Below, one piece after another: positions 13,146 to 25,475 of a stretch of 64,000 bases of DNA. Each line of letters opens with the position of its first letter. Position 1 is the stretch's first letter. The position numbers and the translations under genes were made by a program. The notes beneath the pieces are model-generated. The model was not told the DNA's origin. It did no database searches and saw only the letters and a list, made by a program, of their open reading frames with translations. Source of the stretch: Stegostoma tigrinum (taxonomy: Eukaryota); assembly GCF_030684315.1 (NCBI RefSeq), contig NC_081384.1, positions 26,760,818-26,824,817 on the forward strand, in the 5' to 3' direction.

Positions 13146-14269
13146 GTTCTGTTACATTCCGTCTGTTTAATATGTTTTGATGTGAACATCCAAATTAGGA
13201 GCAGAAGTAGGCCATTCAGGCCTTCAAAGTTGCTCCATCATTCAATAAGATCATGCCTAATCTGACTGCAGCCTCACCTCCACTTTTCTATACTATTCCT
13301 AATATCTTATGACTCCCTTGTTCATCCCTGCGATCTCCCATATGTTGATACTTTTTGTTAGTTTTATTTCTGATGGATTCTTTCTGGAAATAATCTTTAA
13401 ATTTATTTAGGGGTTATCTCGTTTTCTGTTCCATACCTTTTCCCTGATTTTAGCTTTTACTTGAAATTTGGTCTTCGGCTCAGTCTGGTTCTTAACCCCG
13501 TTCAGCTTCCAGAAAAGAAGAAAGCAGGGTTAGAGTAATTACTTGTTTCAGGTTTTTTCTAAGCTTGCTTTTAAAGGCATCAATTGTTTGAAGGCACATT
13601 TCCACTAGGACCATTCTTTTTATACAGCGACTGCTCGGATAGCTGGAAACCAAAACAGGAATTTGCTGGAATAGCTCAGCAGGTGTGTGGAGAGAAGTCA
13701 GAGTTAATGTTTTGAGCTCCAGTGACCCTTCCTCAGAAAGTTATTTAGTCAACATATCCCTCCCATTGTTTGATGTCTGTATGTAACCACTTTTGTAGAA
13801 TTACGAGAGAAAAATGACATTGAAAAATTCATGAACCGAGAGGGACAATCAAATTGTAACATTCCATTTGTCATCTCAGCTTTGAGTGTGCTGAAATCAA
13901 CATATATTAAAGACTGAACCTCATGCATTCCAACTGACTTTGGCAACATAGCAGCCTGTTTGAGCAGCTGAACTTATATATCCAGGTAGTGAATGCATTA
14001 ACCAATCGCACTAAATGCAGACAAAACTAACAAAATGGTTTCCAGTCTCCTGATGTTCTTTCATTGACCACGGTCCTTTGAAAATTAAGACAGCAAAAAT
14101 GGCCATTAAGCAATTTCTTCTGAATGGATCCATTTTGCATCTGCTCAATTTATTTTAAAAATGTGATTGTGGTTATTACTGCTGTTTCACAATGCCAGGG
14201 ACTCGGGTTTGATTCCAGCCTTAGGTCTGGGCAATCCAAGATGGAAGAAGGGAAAAATTTGAGGCTAAA

Positions 14270-15450
14270 AGAGCTGCTTCTTTTTTGAGTTTTTTTCAGT
14301 GTTGGAGCTGATTTCCTTGAATTCTAGCAGCAGTAATCATTGTTTTGTAAGCTGTCGCATTGTTTTGGAGCTCTGGAGAAAGTAAAGATCAAAATGATAG
14401 CTCTTTAAAAAGGAGGAAGACAGACAAAGGTAGTGACCACATGAGAAGAGATTCAAATGGAGAAAGAAACCTACACTGCTGTCTGACATAGCAGTAACCT
14501 GCACAGCTGCAGCCTTTGCTGTTTGGTTTCAAGTTTCTTTGGACATCAGAGTTTGTCCTAAAAAAAATAAACAAACAGTGAAAATCACATCTGATCTTGG
14601 ACAAACCTATGTGGGGCAGCTCACCGCAGGGGAGCAACTAAGTGTCTAGTTTTAAAGTGTAACACTAAAGTTTTTCTTTTGTAAATCTACAATATTGTCA
14701 TCTCAGCTTTGAGTGTGCTGAAATTCTTTTTTGATCATATACATTTTATTGAGAAATGTCTCTTGATTAAATTTTAAAAATATAAAAACATGGCCACTAA
14801 GTTAGCCTGGGCCTGTGTTTTTAGAGCAGTAAGACTGTGCTATTTTCTGGGTCTGTACACTGTTAAGGTGGAAAGATAGTCTTTAGTGGAGTGATGTACT
14901 CTTCCTGTCGGATTTGAGGATTAAGGAGGGTTTCTGTGTGACTGATGATTATGTCTGCAGGAAATGTGCTTGGTTGTGAATCCTATCAGATCACATGGAT
15001 CAGTTGGAGTGGCAGTTAGAGGCAATGAGGAATTTACAGGAGCTAGTGGGTGTGATGGATGGCAGTTGCAGAAAGGGAGATAAATTGAAGATACATTCAG
15101 GTAAATGGGTGACCAACAGGAAAGGGGGGAGAGGGAGGCAGTTCATGCAGGAGTCTTCTGTGTTTACTGCCAAATCAAACAAGTATGTTGATTTGGAAAA
15201 TGTAGGGGGTGATGGACTCTCAGCAAAATGTAGCACTGCATACAATGACCTCCTGCTGGTCCCTCTCCCTTGTGAGAATATTCTGCACCTTCTCTGAGGT
15301 ATCCTTGATCCTGGCACCAGGGAGGCAACACACTATCCTGATGTCTTGCTGCCAGCCACAGAAATGTCTATCTGTGCCTCTGACTAGAGACTCCCCTATC
15401 ACAATTGATTGCTTGGAACCTGGTATACCCCTCATTACATTAGAGCCAGT
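14270..15450 (+). mobile_element. CR1 5' region/ORF1 relic with internal inversion
   Basis: Plus strand: zinc-finger/coiled-coil part (CRKC..., MDQLEWQLEAMRNLQE). 15240-15450, minus strand: SGNH-esterase part IVIGESLVRGTDRHFCG...VCCLPGARIKD. Confidence 0.75.
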
Positions 15451-15669
15451 GGGGTGCCTGGGTGAGATGCTCTTTGAAGGGCCAGTGCAGACCTAGGGGG
15501 CTGAATAGCCTCTTACAGTATTGTAGGGGTTCAATGAGGGCATCAATTGCACATACTAACCATCGTTCAGTACCTTTAATTCAAAAAATTAGCCATGGAG
15601 CTTCCAGTAGGTAATAAAGCCTCAGAGATTTCATGTGGAAAAATATTGAGGAATGTGGGGAGTACAGAA

Positions 15670-16090
15670 AGGAAGCGTTCCATTTGTATAATGACTTTCA
15701 TGATGTTAGGCTATCTCAAAGTGCAATACTTTTGAAATACACTTGTTTAGAATCATGCAGAATTGAAATAGGATTCACTGCTGAACTGTGCAAAAAGCAA
15801 ACAAATGCAATAGATAGTAATGTGATGTCAGTTGAGGGACAAATATTAGTGAGGACATTAGGAGAACTCCCCTGGTCTCCTTCAAAATAACACTCTGGAG
15901 CTTTTTTTAAAGAAAAAAGCGCTTTGGGACAGCAGCCAAGACATTGATGTTTCCTCCAAGCCAGCACTTCTGACACACACTCTCCTTCGTACTGCAGTGA
16001 ATTGCAAGTTTAGATGCACTTAACTCTCTGAGCCTATAGCCAATAGATTTTGAGGTAGGAGTACTGTCAATGGAGCTAAGGCTGACATCA
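15670..16090 (-). mobile_element. Old Deu-domain SINE (SacSINE1-like)
   Basis: GTTGAGGGACAAATATTAGTGAGGACATTAGGAGAACTCCC is the reverse complement of the Deu core. Confidence 0.6.
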
Positions 16091-17950
16091 GCACTTTAAA
16101 AGCCAAATGCTGCTATGTTATGCATCCGACGATGTTAAACTCAAAATGGGACCTCCTGTTGAAAAATACTACAATGGAAACAACGTTCTACAGAGATCAT
16201 GAGACAGAATGACAATGGATCAGACAAGATAATTCTCAGCTTCATTAGCTAGCCTTGTCCACATTTTATTTAGTTTGCGTTGTAATGTCAAGGACTATGT
16301 TGAATTACAACAAACAGATGTGATTTGTACTTGCAATGCAGGACATAACACTAAGAAACAAATCTCGTAGCCACCCTCTGGATTGGGGCATACAAAACAG
16401 GACAGTCCACATAATAGATGCCACACCCTGCTACTGACAGACCAATCACTGACTAAAGAGTAAAGTGAGTTCTCCAACACTGGAAAAATTTGCTCCAAAT
16501 GTATTCCAAGACAGTTCACTGATTCAGCTGTTAGGGGAACTGGCTCACTGTATGTATAAAGTAGTGTTGCTGCAGAGAGAGACAGCTTCATTTCCATATT
16601 AAAGTCCATACTAATTAGAGGTGTAATTTGATGCATTTTCCACTTGATTTTTCTGTCTGAGAGAATCATGACCCTCTTTAGCCTCTGACTGTCTTTTTAG
16701 GTTGGAAAATACATCTATTCTTCTCTTCGTGACAGCTGACTGAAAAATCAGTGGTAACGCGCACTCCGAAAATAGAAAATATTGAAATTAAACCACAGGT
16801 CAGTCAACATCTATTGGTACACAATATTTTGAATGGTATCTTCACCAGAAAGGTAGCCTTTCTGTTTGTGCAAGAGTTTTATGATTCCAGAAACAACGCT
16901 AATGAAACACGTTCGAAGTATAATGATTTCAGTGGAGAAACATGAATCGGGTGTGTCACAAAGTATAGTATTTTGGTGGAACAGTTCCTCGCCAGAAGCA
17001 GAGAACTTCGAGGCAAAAAAAAATTGAGAACATGCAGTACGCATGAGCACCAATAAAGGCTCATACTTCAGGATAACTGAAGATAGTTTTGTTTCAAAGC
17101 TATTATGTAGAGTTCACTTATTTCACTGGAGGCTTTTATCAGTACTCTTTGGCATTCTTCCAGAAATGCTTAACTCTGAATCAGGCTGAGCCTAGAGTCC
17201 CTAGAGAGGGAGGCTTATCTCCAGGTCAGCCTGCCATTCTTTCCACAGTTGTCTAATCAGAAGGGAGGGACAGTTTAGTCTAAGACAGCTAAGCAGATTA
17301 GAATGTGACTGGACGGAGATAAATAATTCAAAGAACAAGTAGTCAAAATACCATTAACATTTGCTGTACATCAATGCAACATATGAGCCAACTGCGAAGA
17401 TAACGGCAAGATTAACTTCAAAGGTAAATGTACTTCAGAATGAGTGTTGTGACCCATTAGCTACTCAGTGTATGCCACTTAGAAACACACACATTCTCTA
17501 TCTGACCTTGGTATTTTTATACCTAAATTATACACAATATATGAAAAGCATTTTATTCAAATTTTTTTTCTAATTTCATATTCTGCTGTTTGCCCTGCAC
17601 TAATGTGCTCTCAGCATTCTTCAACCATATTGTTGTTATTGTTGGGGAAGCCAAAGTATCGGTGTCCTATAGGCGCAATCATTAGCATCTCACATATCAG
17701 TGATGAGTAAAGATTTGTCCACATCCTATTAAGGCTGCATTGATTATCATTTCATTTTCTTCACCGAAGCCCTCGTGGTTAGCCCTTGTTCAACTGGGAG
17801 TCACTACGATGGCAACAGAGTAGAACACTTCAGTTGGAGTTCATCGGCTCTGTCCGTTTCTTTTTCTATTTCTGTTTCCTTTGTGTTTCTTTTTCTAACT
17901 CTTCTTTCTTCTTGGTGATATCCTGAACTCCAGGCCTTGGCGCAGAGTCA

Positions 17951-18100
17951 GCATGGCGGTCTCCCAGCTTGGCATGGTGATCTCCTAGCCCCATGTGCTG
18001 ATCTCCCAGCCCAGCCTGGTGATCTCCTAGCTTCATGTGGTGATCTCCGGGCCTGGTGTGGTGATCTCCTGGCCTGGCGCGGTGATCTCCGGCCCCATGG
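17951..18100. repeat. 21-bp minisatellite, about 7 units
   Basis: Units of the form RYRTGGTGATCTCCYRGCCYS seen directly. Confidence 0.9.
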
Positions 18101-19126
18101 CCTGTGATGGAAGGACTGTTGGTCTCTCTCCAGAGGTGTTGCTTGAGCCGCTGAAAATTTCTGGCATTTTCTGTTTTGGTCCAGCATTACAGCTTTCTAC
18201 AGTAATTTGGTTCATTGAATTGAACTAAATTAGCTTTATAGTCACAGGTACTAAAAATGAAAAGTTCACAAGTCACCACTTACGGTGATATCTTAGCTAC
18301 AAAGTACCTAGCTAAAAATTCTTAAGTAAAAGTTCTTAGGGAAACAAAAATTGCTGCCTTGCTATCTAGCGCGGTCAGTTTTATCAGACGATGAGTAGCA
18401 TCAGCAGAGCTGAAAGGAGTCAGGCAGAAAGGCTGAAGGACTGGTGTTCACACCATCATGGGTGAGTCCCAGAGAGGATAAAAAAACAAACAAGGCACAG
18501 AGACAAACAAAATGCAGTTTGACGCTCTGATGAAAGTGATTGTGCACTAACGTGCTTCAGACTAGTTTTGGTGTAATAGAGTTAAAAGAATTTCAGCTCT
18601 GGACGAGCCTTTAACAGGGTTCGCTACCATCCCACCTTTTCAAAATTGCACACCATCCCAAAGTTGTCTGGATTCTGAGGCAAATTCTGAGAGAGAGGTT
18701 TTCAAATCCCGGTTGTATCAGCACCTGACACCACAGCCCATTGGAATCCCAACCCAACACTTCAGCTTTTTATCGAAATACTCTTTCCATATTGTGAAAC
18801 AGGGCAGTACTGAGAAAATGGACAGAAATTGCTAGAAGAAACTCAGCAAGTCTGTCAGAATCTGTGGGGAGAAAGCTGTGTCAATGTTTTAGGTTCAGTG
18901 ATCCTTCCAAGAACTGTACTTCAATTGGAGATGACTTGCTGGATCAGGGGAAGGGAAGTTTGGAGTGACCTCTTTTCCTAGAAGTTGTTTAAAATTTGGA
19001 ACTGACTACCATAAGAACATAACATAAGAACTAGGAGCAGGATTAGGCCATCTGACCCCTCGAGCCTGCCCCGACATTTAATAAGATCGTGGCTGATCTT
19101 TTTGACACTCAGCTCCACTTACGTGC

Positions 19127-21670
19127 TCACTCACCATAACCCTTAATTCCTTTACTGTTCAAAAATGCATCTAGCCTTGCCTTAAAAACATTCAGTGAGG
19201 TGGCTTCAACCACTTCACTGGGCAGGGAATTCCACAGATTCACAATCCTTTGGGTGAGGAAGTTCTTCCTGACCTCAGTCCTACATCCGCTTCTCCTTAT
19301 TTTGAGGCAAATCACTCCAGTCCTAGTTTCACCTGCTAGTGGAAATGACCTCCCTGCTTCCACTTTATCTATTCCCTTCATAATCTTATATGTTTCTATA
19401 AGATATCTCCTCATTCTTCTGAATTCCAAAGAGTAAAAGCCCAGTCTACTCAGTCTCTCCTCATAATCCAACACTCTCAACTCTGGAATCAACCGAGTGA
19501 ATCTCCTCTGCACCCCCTCCAGTGCTAGTACATCTCGTCTCAAGTAAGGAGACCAAAACTGCACACAATACTCCAGGTGTGGCCTCAGCAGGACCCTATA
19601 CAGCTGCAGCATAGCCTCCCTGTTTTTAAACTCCATCCCTCGAGCAATGGCAGACAAGATTCCATTTGCCTTTTTAATCACCTGCTGCACCTGCAGACCT
19701 ACTTTTAGCGATTCATGCACAAGGACACGCAAGTCCCTCTGCACAGCAGCATGCTGCAGTTTTTTTATCATTCAAAACATAGTCCATTTTGCTGTTATTC
19801 CTACTAAAATGGATAACCTCACACTTATCAACATTGTACTCCATCTGCCAGACCTTTGCCCACTCACTTAGACTATCTATATCCCTCTGCAGACTTTTAG
19901 TGTCTTGTGCACACTTTGCTCTACCACTCACGTGAGTGTCATCTGCAAATTTTGACACACCACATTCAGAACCCAACTCCAAATCATCTGTGTAAATTGT
20001 GAACAATTGAGGTCCCAACACTGATCCCTGAGGCACAACGCTAGCCACTGACCACCAAGCAGAAAAACACCCATTTACCCCTACTCTTTGCTTTCTACTG
20101 GTCAACCAATCCTCTATCCATACTAATACATTACCTGTAATACTGTGCAACTTTATCTTATGTAGCAGCCTTTGGTGTGGCACCTTGTCAAATGCTTTCT
20201 GGAAATCCAGATACACCACATCCATAGGTTCCCCATTGTCCACCATGCAAGTTATGTCCTCAAAGAATTCCACCAAGTTAATTAATGACCTACCCTCATA
20301 AACCCATGCTGGGTGTTCCCAATGGGACAATTTATATCCAGATGTCTTGCTATTTCTTCCTTTCCCATCACCTCTTTTAGTACCTTGGGATACATTTTAT
20401 CAGGGCAAGGAGACTTGCCTACCTTTAGCCCCATTAGCTTGCCCAGCACTGTCTCCCTAGTAATAATGATAGTTTCTCGGTCCTCACCTGCTATAACCTT
20501 CTTGCCATCAGTTTTCATCATGTTATTTGTGTCTCCACTGTGAAGGCTGACATGAAGCAACTGTTTACTGTCTCAGCTATTTCCTCATTCCCAGTTAATA
20601 AATTGGTCTTCTCAACCTCTAAAGGACCAATGTTTACTTTCGCCACTCTTTTATAATTTACATATTTATAGAAACTTTTGCTGCCTGTTTTTATATTCTG
20701 AGCTAGTTTACTCTGATAATCTGTCTTACTTCTCTTTATCACTTTTTTGTGGCTTTCTGTTGGCCTTTAAAGATTTCCCAGGCTACTAGTTTCCCACTAT
20801 TCTTTGCTTTTTTGTCTGATGCTTTCCTTTATTTCCTTAGACATCCATGGCTGGCTCTCTCTTTTCCTACAGTTCTTCCTTATCACTGGAATATACTTCT
20901 GCTGAGCACTGTGAAAAAGTGTTTTGAAAGTCCTCCACTGTTCCTCAATTGACTCACCATAAAGTTTTTGCTCCCATTCTACCTTAGCTAACTCCTTCCT
21001 CATTCCTTCATAGTCTCCATTGTTTAAGCACAGGACAGAGGTACTGGATTTAACCTTCTCACGCTCTGTCTGTATTTTAAATTCGACCATACTGAGATCG
21101 CTCCTTCCGAGAGGATCCCTAACTCTGAGATCATTAATTAATCCTGTCTCCTTACACAGGACTAGGTTCCATTACATATTGTTCAAGGAAATTATTATGG
21201 ATGCATTCTATGAACTCCTCCTCAAAGCTGCCATGACTGACCTGGTTTGACCAATCGATATGTTGATTAAAATCCCCCATGATAAATGCTGTACCATTTT
21301 TACAGGTATTTGCTATTTCTGTGTTTATTGCCTGCCTCACCACAATGTCGTTATTTGGTGGCCTATAGACCACACTTATCAGAGACTTCTTCTCCCTGCT
21401 TTTCCTAATTTCCAACCAAATGGATTCAATGAACCTACATCATCTCTCACTATCATCCTTAAAAATCAGAGCAACACCACCTCCCTTACCTTCCTGTCTG
21501 TCCTTCCGAACAGTTTGTTACCCCTGGATGCTTAATTCCCAGCATGACCATCCTGTAAACATGTCTCTGTAATAGCCACTAAATCTTTCCCATTTGCTAT
21601 GATTTGCACCATCAACTCCCCCACCTTGTTTCGAATGCTCCGAGCATTCAGATAAAGTGCCCTTATGCCA
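19127..21670 (-). pseudogene. CR1 ORF2 (APE endonuclease + reverse transcriptase), frameshifted and partly deleted
   Basis: ORF pieces 19127-19771, 19713-20330, 20282-20560, 20518-20742, 20797-21090 and 21152-21415. Confidence 0.9.
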
Positions 21671-22041
21671 GTTTTTGCTCCTTCTTTTTGGGTCCCATTA
21701 CCTCCCTTACTAACAACTCTTGAGCTCTCCTTCCCTTTAACTTTTTTCTTAATTTTTAATGGAGTTGAAGCTTCCTCGTCACCTGCTAACCTGCTGCTTT
21801 GCCTTACATTAATTGTTATTCTCCCTCTACGTTCACTTCTTCCTTCCCCCCTACTTACTAGTTAAAAGTCCTATTAACCACCCTATTTACCCTTTTCGCC
21901 AGAACACTGAACCTGGCCCTGTTCAGGTGGAGTCCATCGCAGAGGTATAGGTCCCTGCCAGAACTGGTGCCAGTGCCCCATGAAAAGGAAACCCTCTTTC
22001 CCACACCACTCTTTTAGCCACATGTTTACTTCCCTGATTCT

Positions 22042-22277
22042 GGATGTGCTCGCTGAGCTGGAAGGTTAGTTTTCAGATGTTTCGTCACCATTCTAGGTAA
22101 CATCATCAGTGAGCCTCCGACGAAGCACTGGTGTTATGTCCTGCTTTCTATTTCGTTGGAGGCTCACTGATGATGTTACCTAGAATGGTGACGAAACGTC
22201 TGAAAACTAACCTTCCAGCTCAGCGAGCAAACTCACATCCAGAACCTCAACCTGAGCTACAAACCTTCTCAAAACTC
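22042..22277 (+). mobile_element. Short fold-back PLE-like insertion, family B, with 14-bp TSD
   Basis: Arms ~22038-22124 and 22152-22244. TSD ACTTCCCTGATTCT at 22028-22041 and 22278-22291. Confidence 0.9.
22158..22216 (+). ncRNA. Type I hammerhead ribozyme motif (minimal stem III)
   Basis: CTGATGA (22167-73), extra T, stem II GTTACC/GGTGAC, then GAAAC-GTC (predicted cleavage after C22200). Stem I is TCA/TGA plus a distal GGAGG/CCTTCC pairing. Confidence 0.75.
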
Positions 22278-23984
22278 ACTTCCCTGATTCTCGCCTCCTA
22301 ATGCCAATTTGCACATGGCTCAGGCAGCAATCCTGAGATTATGACCCTTGAAGACCTGTTTTTTAATTTTGTTCCTAGCTTTTCATAATCCTGAAAGAGG
22401 TCTTTTTTCCTAGTCCTGCCTATGTCGTTGGTCTCTATGTGGACCACAACAACTGGATCCTCCCCCCTCCCCCAGTCTAGTATCCTCTCAAGCTGGTCCG
22501 AGATATCTCGCACCCTGGCACCGGGCAGGCAACACACCATGAGGGACTCTGTATCCTGCTCACAAAGGATACTGTCTATGCCCTGATGATGGAATCCCCT
22601 ACAACTGCAATCTGTCTTTTTGCTCCCCCCTCTTGAATGGCCACCTAGATCATGGTGCCATGGTCATTTGACTCATCCTTCCTGGAGCCCTGTTCCTCAT
22701 CCATGCAGGGAGCAAGTTCCTCATACCTGTGGGACAATGTCAAGGGCTGCAGCGCCTGTGTTTCTGTCTGCAGCGCCTGTCTACCTGCCTCACTCACAGT
22801 CACACACTGCTATTCCTGGCCACTCATCGAAATAACATTAGTTAATCTACCAGTTGTGACTGATTCCTGAAACATTGTATCCAGGTATTTCTCCCCCTCC
22901 CGGATGTGACAAAGTTTTTGGAGTTCGGATTCCAGCTCATTAATTCTGAGCCGGACCTCCTCAAGCAGCCGACACTTGCTGCAGATGTGGTCATTACCGT
23001 TCTCAATGGGTTCAGCGAGCTCCCACGTCATACAGCTACAACACATCACCTGGCCTGCCATCTCTACTTAGTTATTTGAAATGAATTAGTTTTTTTTAGT
23101 TTCTCAGTGTTCGCTGCACCAGTAAGTTTGCTCCGTTATATACTCTAACAGACTCTGGCTTTGCCTTCCATCCCCCTCCCAGAGGATTTGGCGTCTGTGT
23201 GACCACACTGAAAGATAAAGAGATAAGGAAAAAAAATGCAAATAGCTTACCTGCTCACCACACTTAGTCGTTATTATTAGGTTAGAGGAGGTGGAAGGGT
23301 GGGAGACCCACTGTGTACTGTCTCGGGTATTACTTTACTCCCAAATTTATTGGTGGAAGCTTACGTTGCCAGGCTGCCCTCACACTTCCTCCCGGCCTCC
23401 CGCCACCGAAACAACTAAAAGCCGTTGAGGTGAATAACAGATAGAATGGAGGATACGATGGATACGTGAGGGAGCAAAGCATTGTGAGAAGCTGTTATGG
23501 GGCATAAATACTGATATGGCCCGATTGGCTTTAAATTGGTGGGTTTTGGATCTAGCCATTCTAAGTTCACAATTCTTTATTGGCATGTTTCTGTAAGCTC
23601 AGCAGAAATGCTCTGATCAACTGCTGAACCATGCTGCAGCCCCTTCTGGGATCACAGTCTCCCTCTTCGCTGCCCCAACATTTCACTGTCTCTCTGTAGT
23701 TACTGGCCAATTCCTCCATGCTATCAGCTCAAGGATTTATTCACTTCACTCCAGTTCTCCTACACTAGCTTCAGCAGGGCAAGTGCAGTTACTGTTTTGA
23801 AGTCAAGAGATAAAAAAAGACAATTCAGTCTCCATTCTGTTCCATGCTTCCTGAGAGAATGGTCCCATGAAATATCCCATCTCCTTGCCTTACAGTCACC
23901 CACTGCTTGCAAAGTGGCCTTTCTGTGCATCAGATCTTTTCTTTCTCACCTACAGCTGTACTATATCACACTAGTGTACTAGAA

Positions 23985-24400
23985 AGCAAAGACTTACATT
24001 TATGTAGCAGTTTTCATAGCCTCATGGTCTTCCAAAATGGTTTACAAGTAGTGATTTTTTTTTAGCTTAAATTACTCTTTGCTATAATGTGTATACCATG
24101 CAAGCATTTTGCTCGCTCTGATAGCAACATGTTAATCAGATAATTTATATTTTTTTGTCATGGTTAAATTTAGCAAGGACATTTTATAGCACTCTCACAT
24201 TTATCTTCAAGAAAGGCAAGGATAAGTTGGACCAAAGGGTCTGTTTCCATGCTGTACATTTCTAAAGTGCTAGTGAATCTTCCCGTCCACCTGAGAGGGT
24301 AGAAGGAGACTTACTTAAATACCTTGCCTGAAAGATATCACTGGCTTTGTATCAGCCTCAGTTAGGTAGTGAGATCTCTAGATTCTGATTGTCCACATCT
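23985..24400 (-). mobile_element. Old Deu-domain SINE, decayed
   Basis: Tail AAAGACTTACATTTATGTAGCAGTTTTCA and core GAATCTTCCCGTCCACCTGAGAGGGTAGA. Confidence 0.55.
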
Positions 24401-24559
24401 TCCTAATTCATAGGACCAAAGGAGAGAGGTGACAATTTCAGAGGAGGAGTTGACAGGACTCTGAGCGCAGGATCAACAAGAAATGCATAAAATACCTGCA
24501 AATGACAGAGGATCAGTGGCAAAGAGGACTGGAACTTTTAGATACTTAGACACCATTGT

Positions 24560-24930
24560 GCCCCTATCTGTGCAGAGTTCTGTGACGTACCCCAATCAGC
24601 TGCACATTGGTGTGGTTACCCAGGTGACAGATGAAATCTCTCCTGATGTTGGACACCACATTCAGATCTCATCTGGCAAATATCTGGCAATCAAATTCTG
24701 AATCCAATAGAGCTCCAAAATCCTCTAACACAAAGTGGTCTCACAAACACTAAAGCAGCCTTGTCACAGACACCATTGCTGCAACTTCAGCATCTGTTTT
24801 ACTGTTCACTACAAGTGAGAACGTTGCATTGATGGAAGTAGTAGAAAATGAATATATCAGGAAGACCCATCTCTGACCACAAATCTTGGACCATCTTTTC
24901 TTCAAGAGCTCCTAGTTGGTGCCATCCCTA
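24560..24930 (+). pseudogene. PIF/Harbinger transposase relic
   Basis: AEFCDVPQSAAHWC/VTQVTDEI resembles the HARBI1-type HTH region (GISQSxxxRxxxxVTxAL). SDHK...RAPSWCH resembles CDH...ARxPGSxHD. Heavily decayed. Confidence 0.5.
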
Positions 24931-25221
24931 TGGTTTCAGCAGAGTTTCAAGGCAGGCTGCTCATCCTCCACTGGATGTTGAGATACTTCTGGATATGTCC
25001 TCTTGATTAAGAGCCTGTGAGTATCTGCCAAAGCCCCAAACCCCACCCAGTGCCAGAACATACTAAATCATCAGGATAGGTGGCAGTACTTGTGGCACGT
25101 CAACAGCAAAGTCCCCCATATTCATAGATAATGGGAACTGCAGATGCTGGAGATTCCAAGATAATAAAATGTGAGGCTGGATGAACACAGCAGGCCAAGC
25201 AGCATCTCAGGAGCACAAAAG

Positions 25222-25253
25222 CTGACGTTTCGGGCCTAGACCCTTCATCAGAG
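25222..25253 (-). ncRNA. Minimal hammerhead ribozyme motif in pLTR
   Basis: Reverse complement reads CT-CTGATGA-A-GGGTCTAGGCCC-GAAAC-GTC-AG. Confidence 0.7.
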
Positions 25254-25475
25254 AGGGGGATGGGGGGAGGGAACTGGAATAAATAGGGAGAGAGGGGGAG
25301 GCGGACCGAAGATGGAGAGTAAAGAAGATAGGTGGAGAAGGTGTGGGTGGGGAGGTAGGGAGGGGATAGGTCAGTCCAGGGAAGACGGACAGGTCAAGGA
25401 GGTGGGATGAGGTTAGTAGGTAGCTGGGGGTGCGGCTTGGGGTGGGAGGAAGGGATGGGTGAGAGGAAGAACCGG

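Larger units (their letters stand above)
21870..23061 (-). pseudogene. CR1 ORF1 (zinc finger, leucine zipper, SGNH esterase), disrupted
   Basis: MAGQVMCCSC...HICSKC...LRINELESEL; VCCLPGARVRD...VVHIETND...ISGLLP. Confidence 0.85.
19011..23415 (-). mobile_element. Near full-length decayed CR1 LINE
   Basis: Microsatellite tail at 19011; RT (VYLDFQKAFDKVPH, PQGSVLGP, FADDT, RPHLEYCVQFWSP); APE endonuclease (VYRPP, MGDFN); ORF1 zinc finger and esterase; 5' UTR to ~23415. Confidence 0.95.

Noticed and set aside
17951-18100. Regularly spaced GGTGATCTCC motifs resembling a CRISPR array
   Set aside because: The period is only 21 bp and the 'spacers' are similar to one another. The context is eukaryotic with no cas genes. 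It is a minisatellite.
23050-23270. Splice-donor-like CAG|GTAAGC in the CR1 5' UTR (minus strand)
   Set aside because: No polypyrimidine acceptor before the ORF1 ATG; a single motif could be chance.
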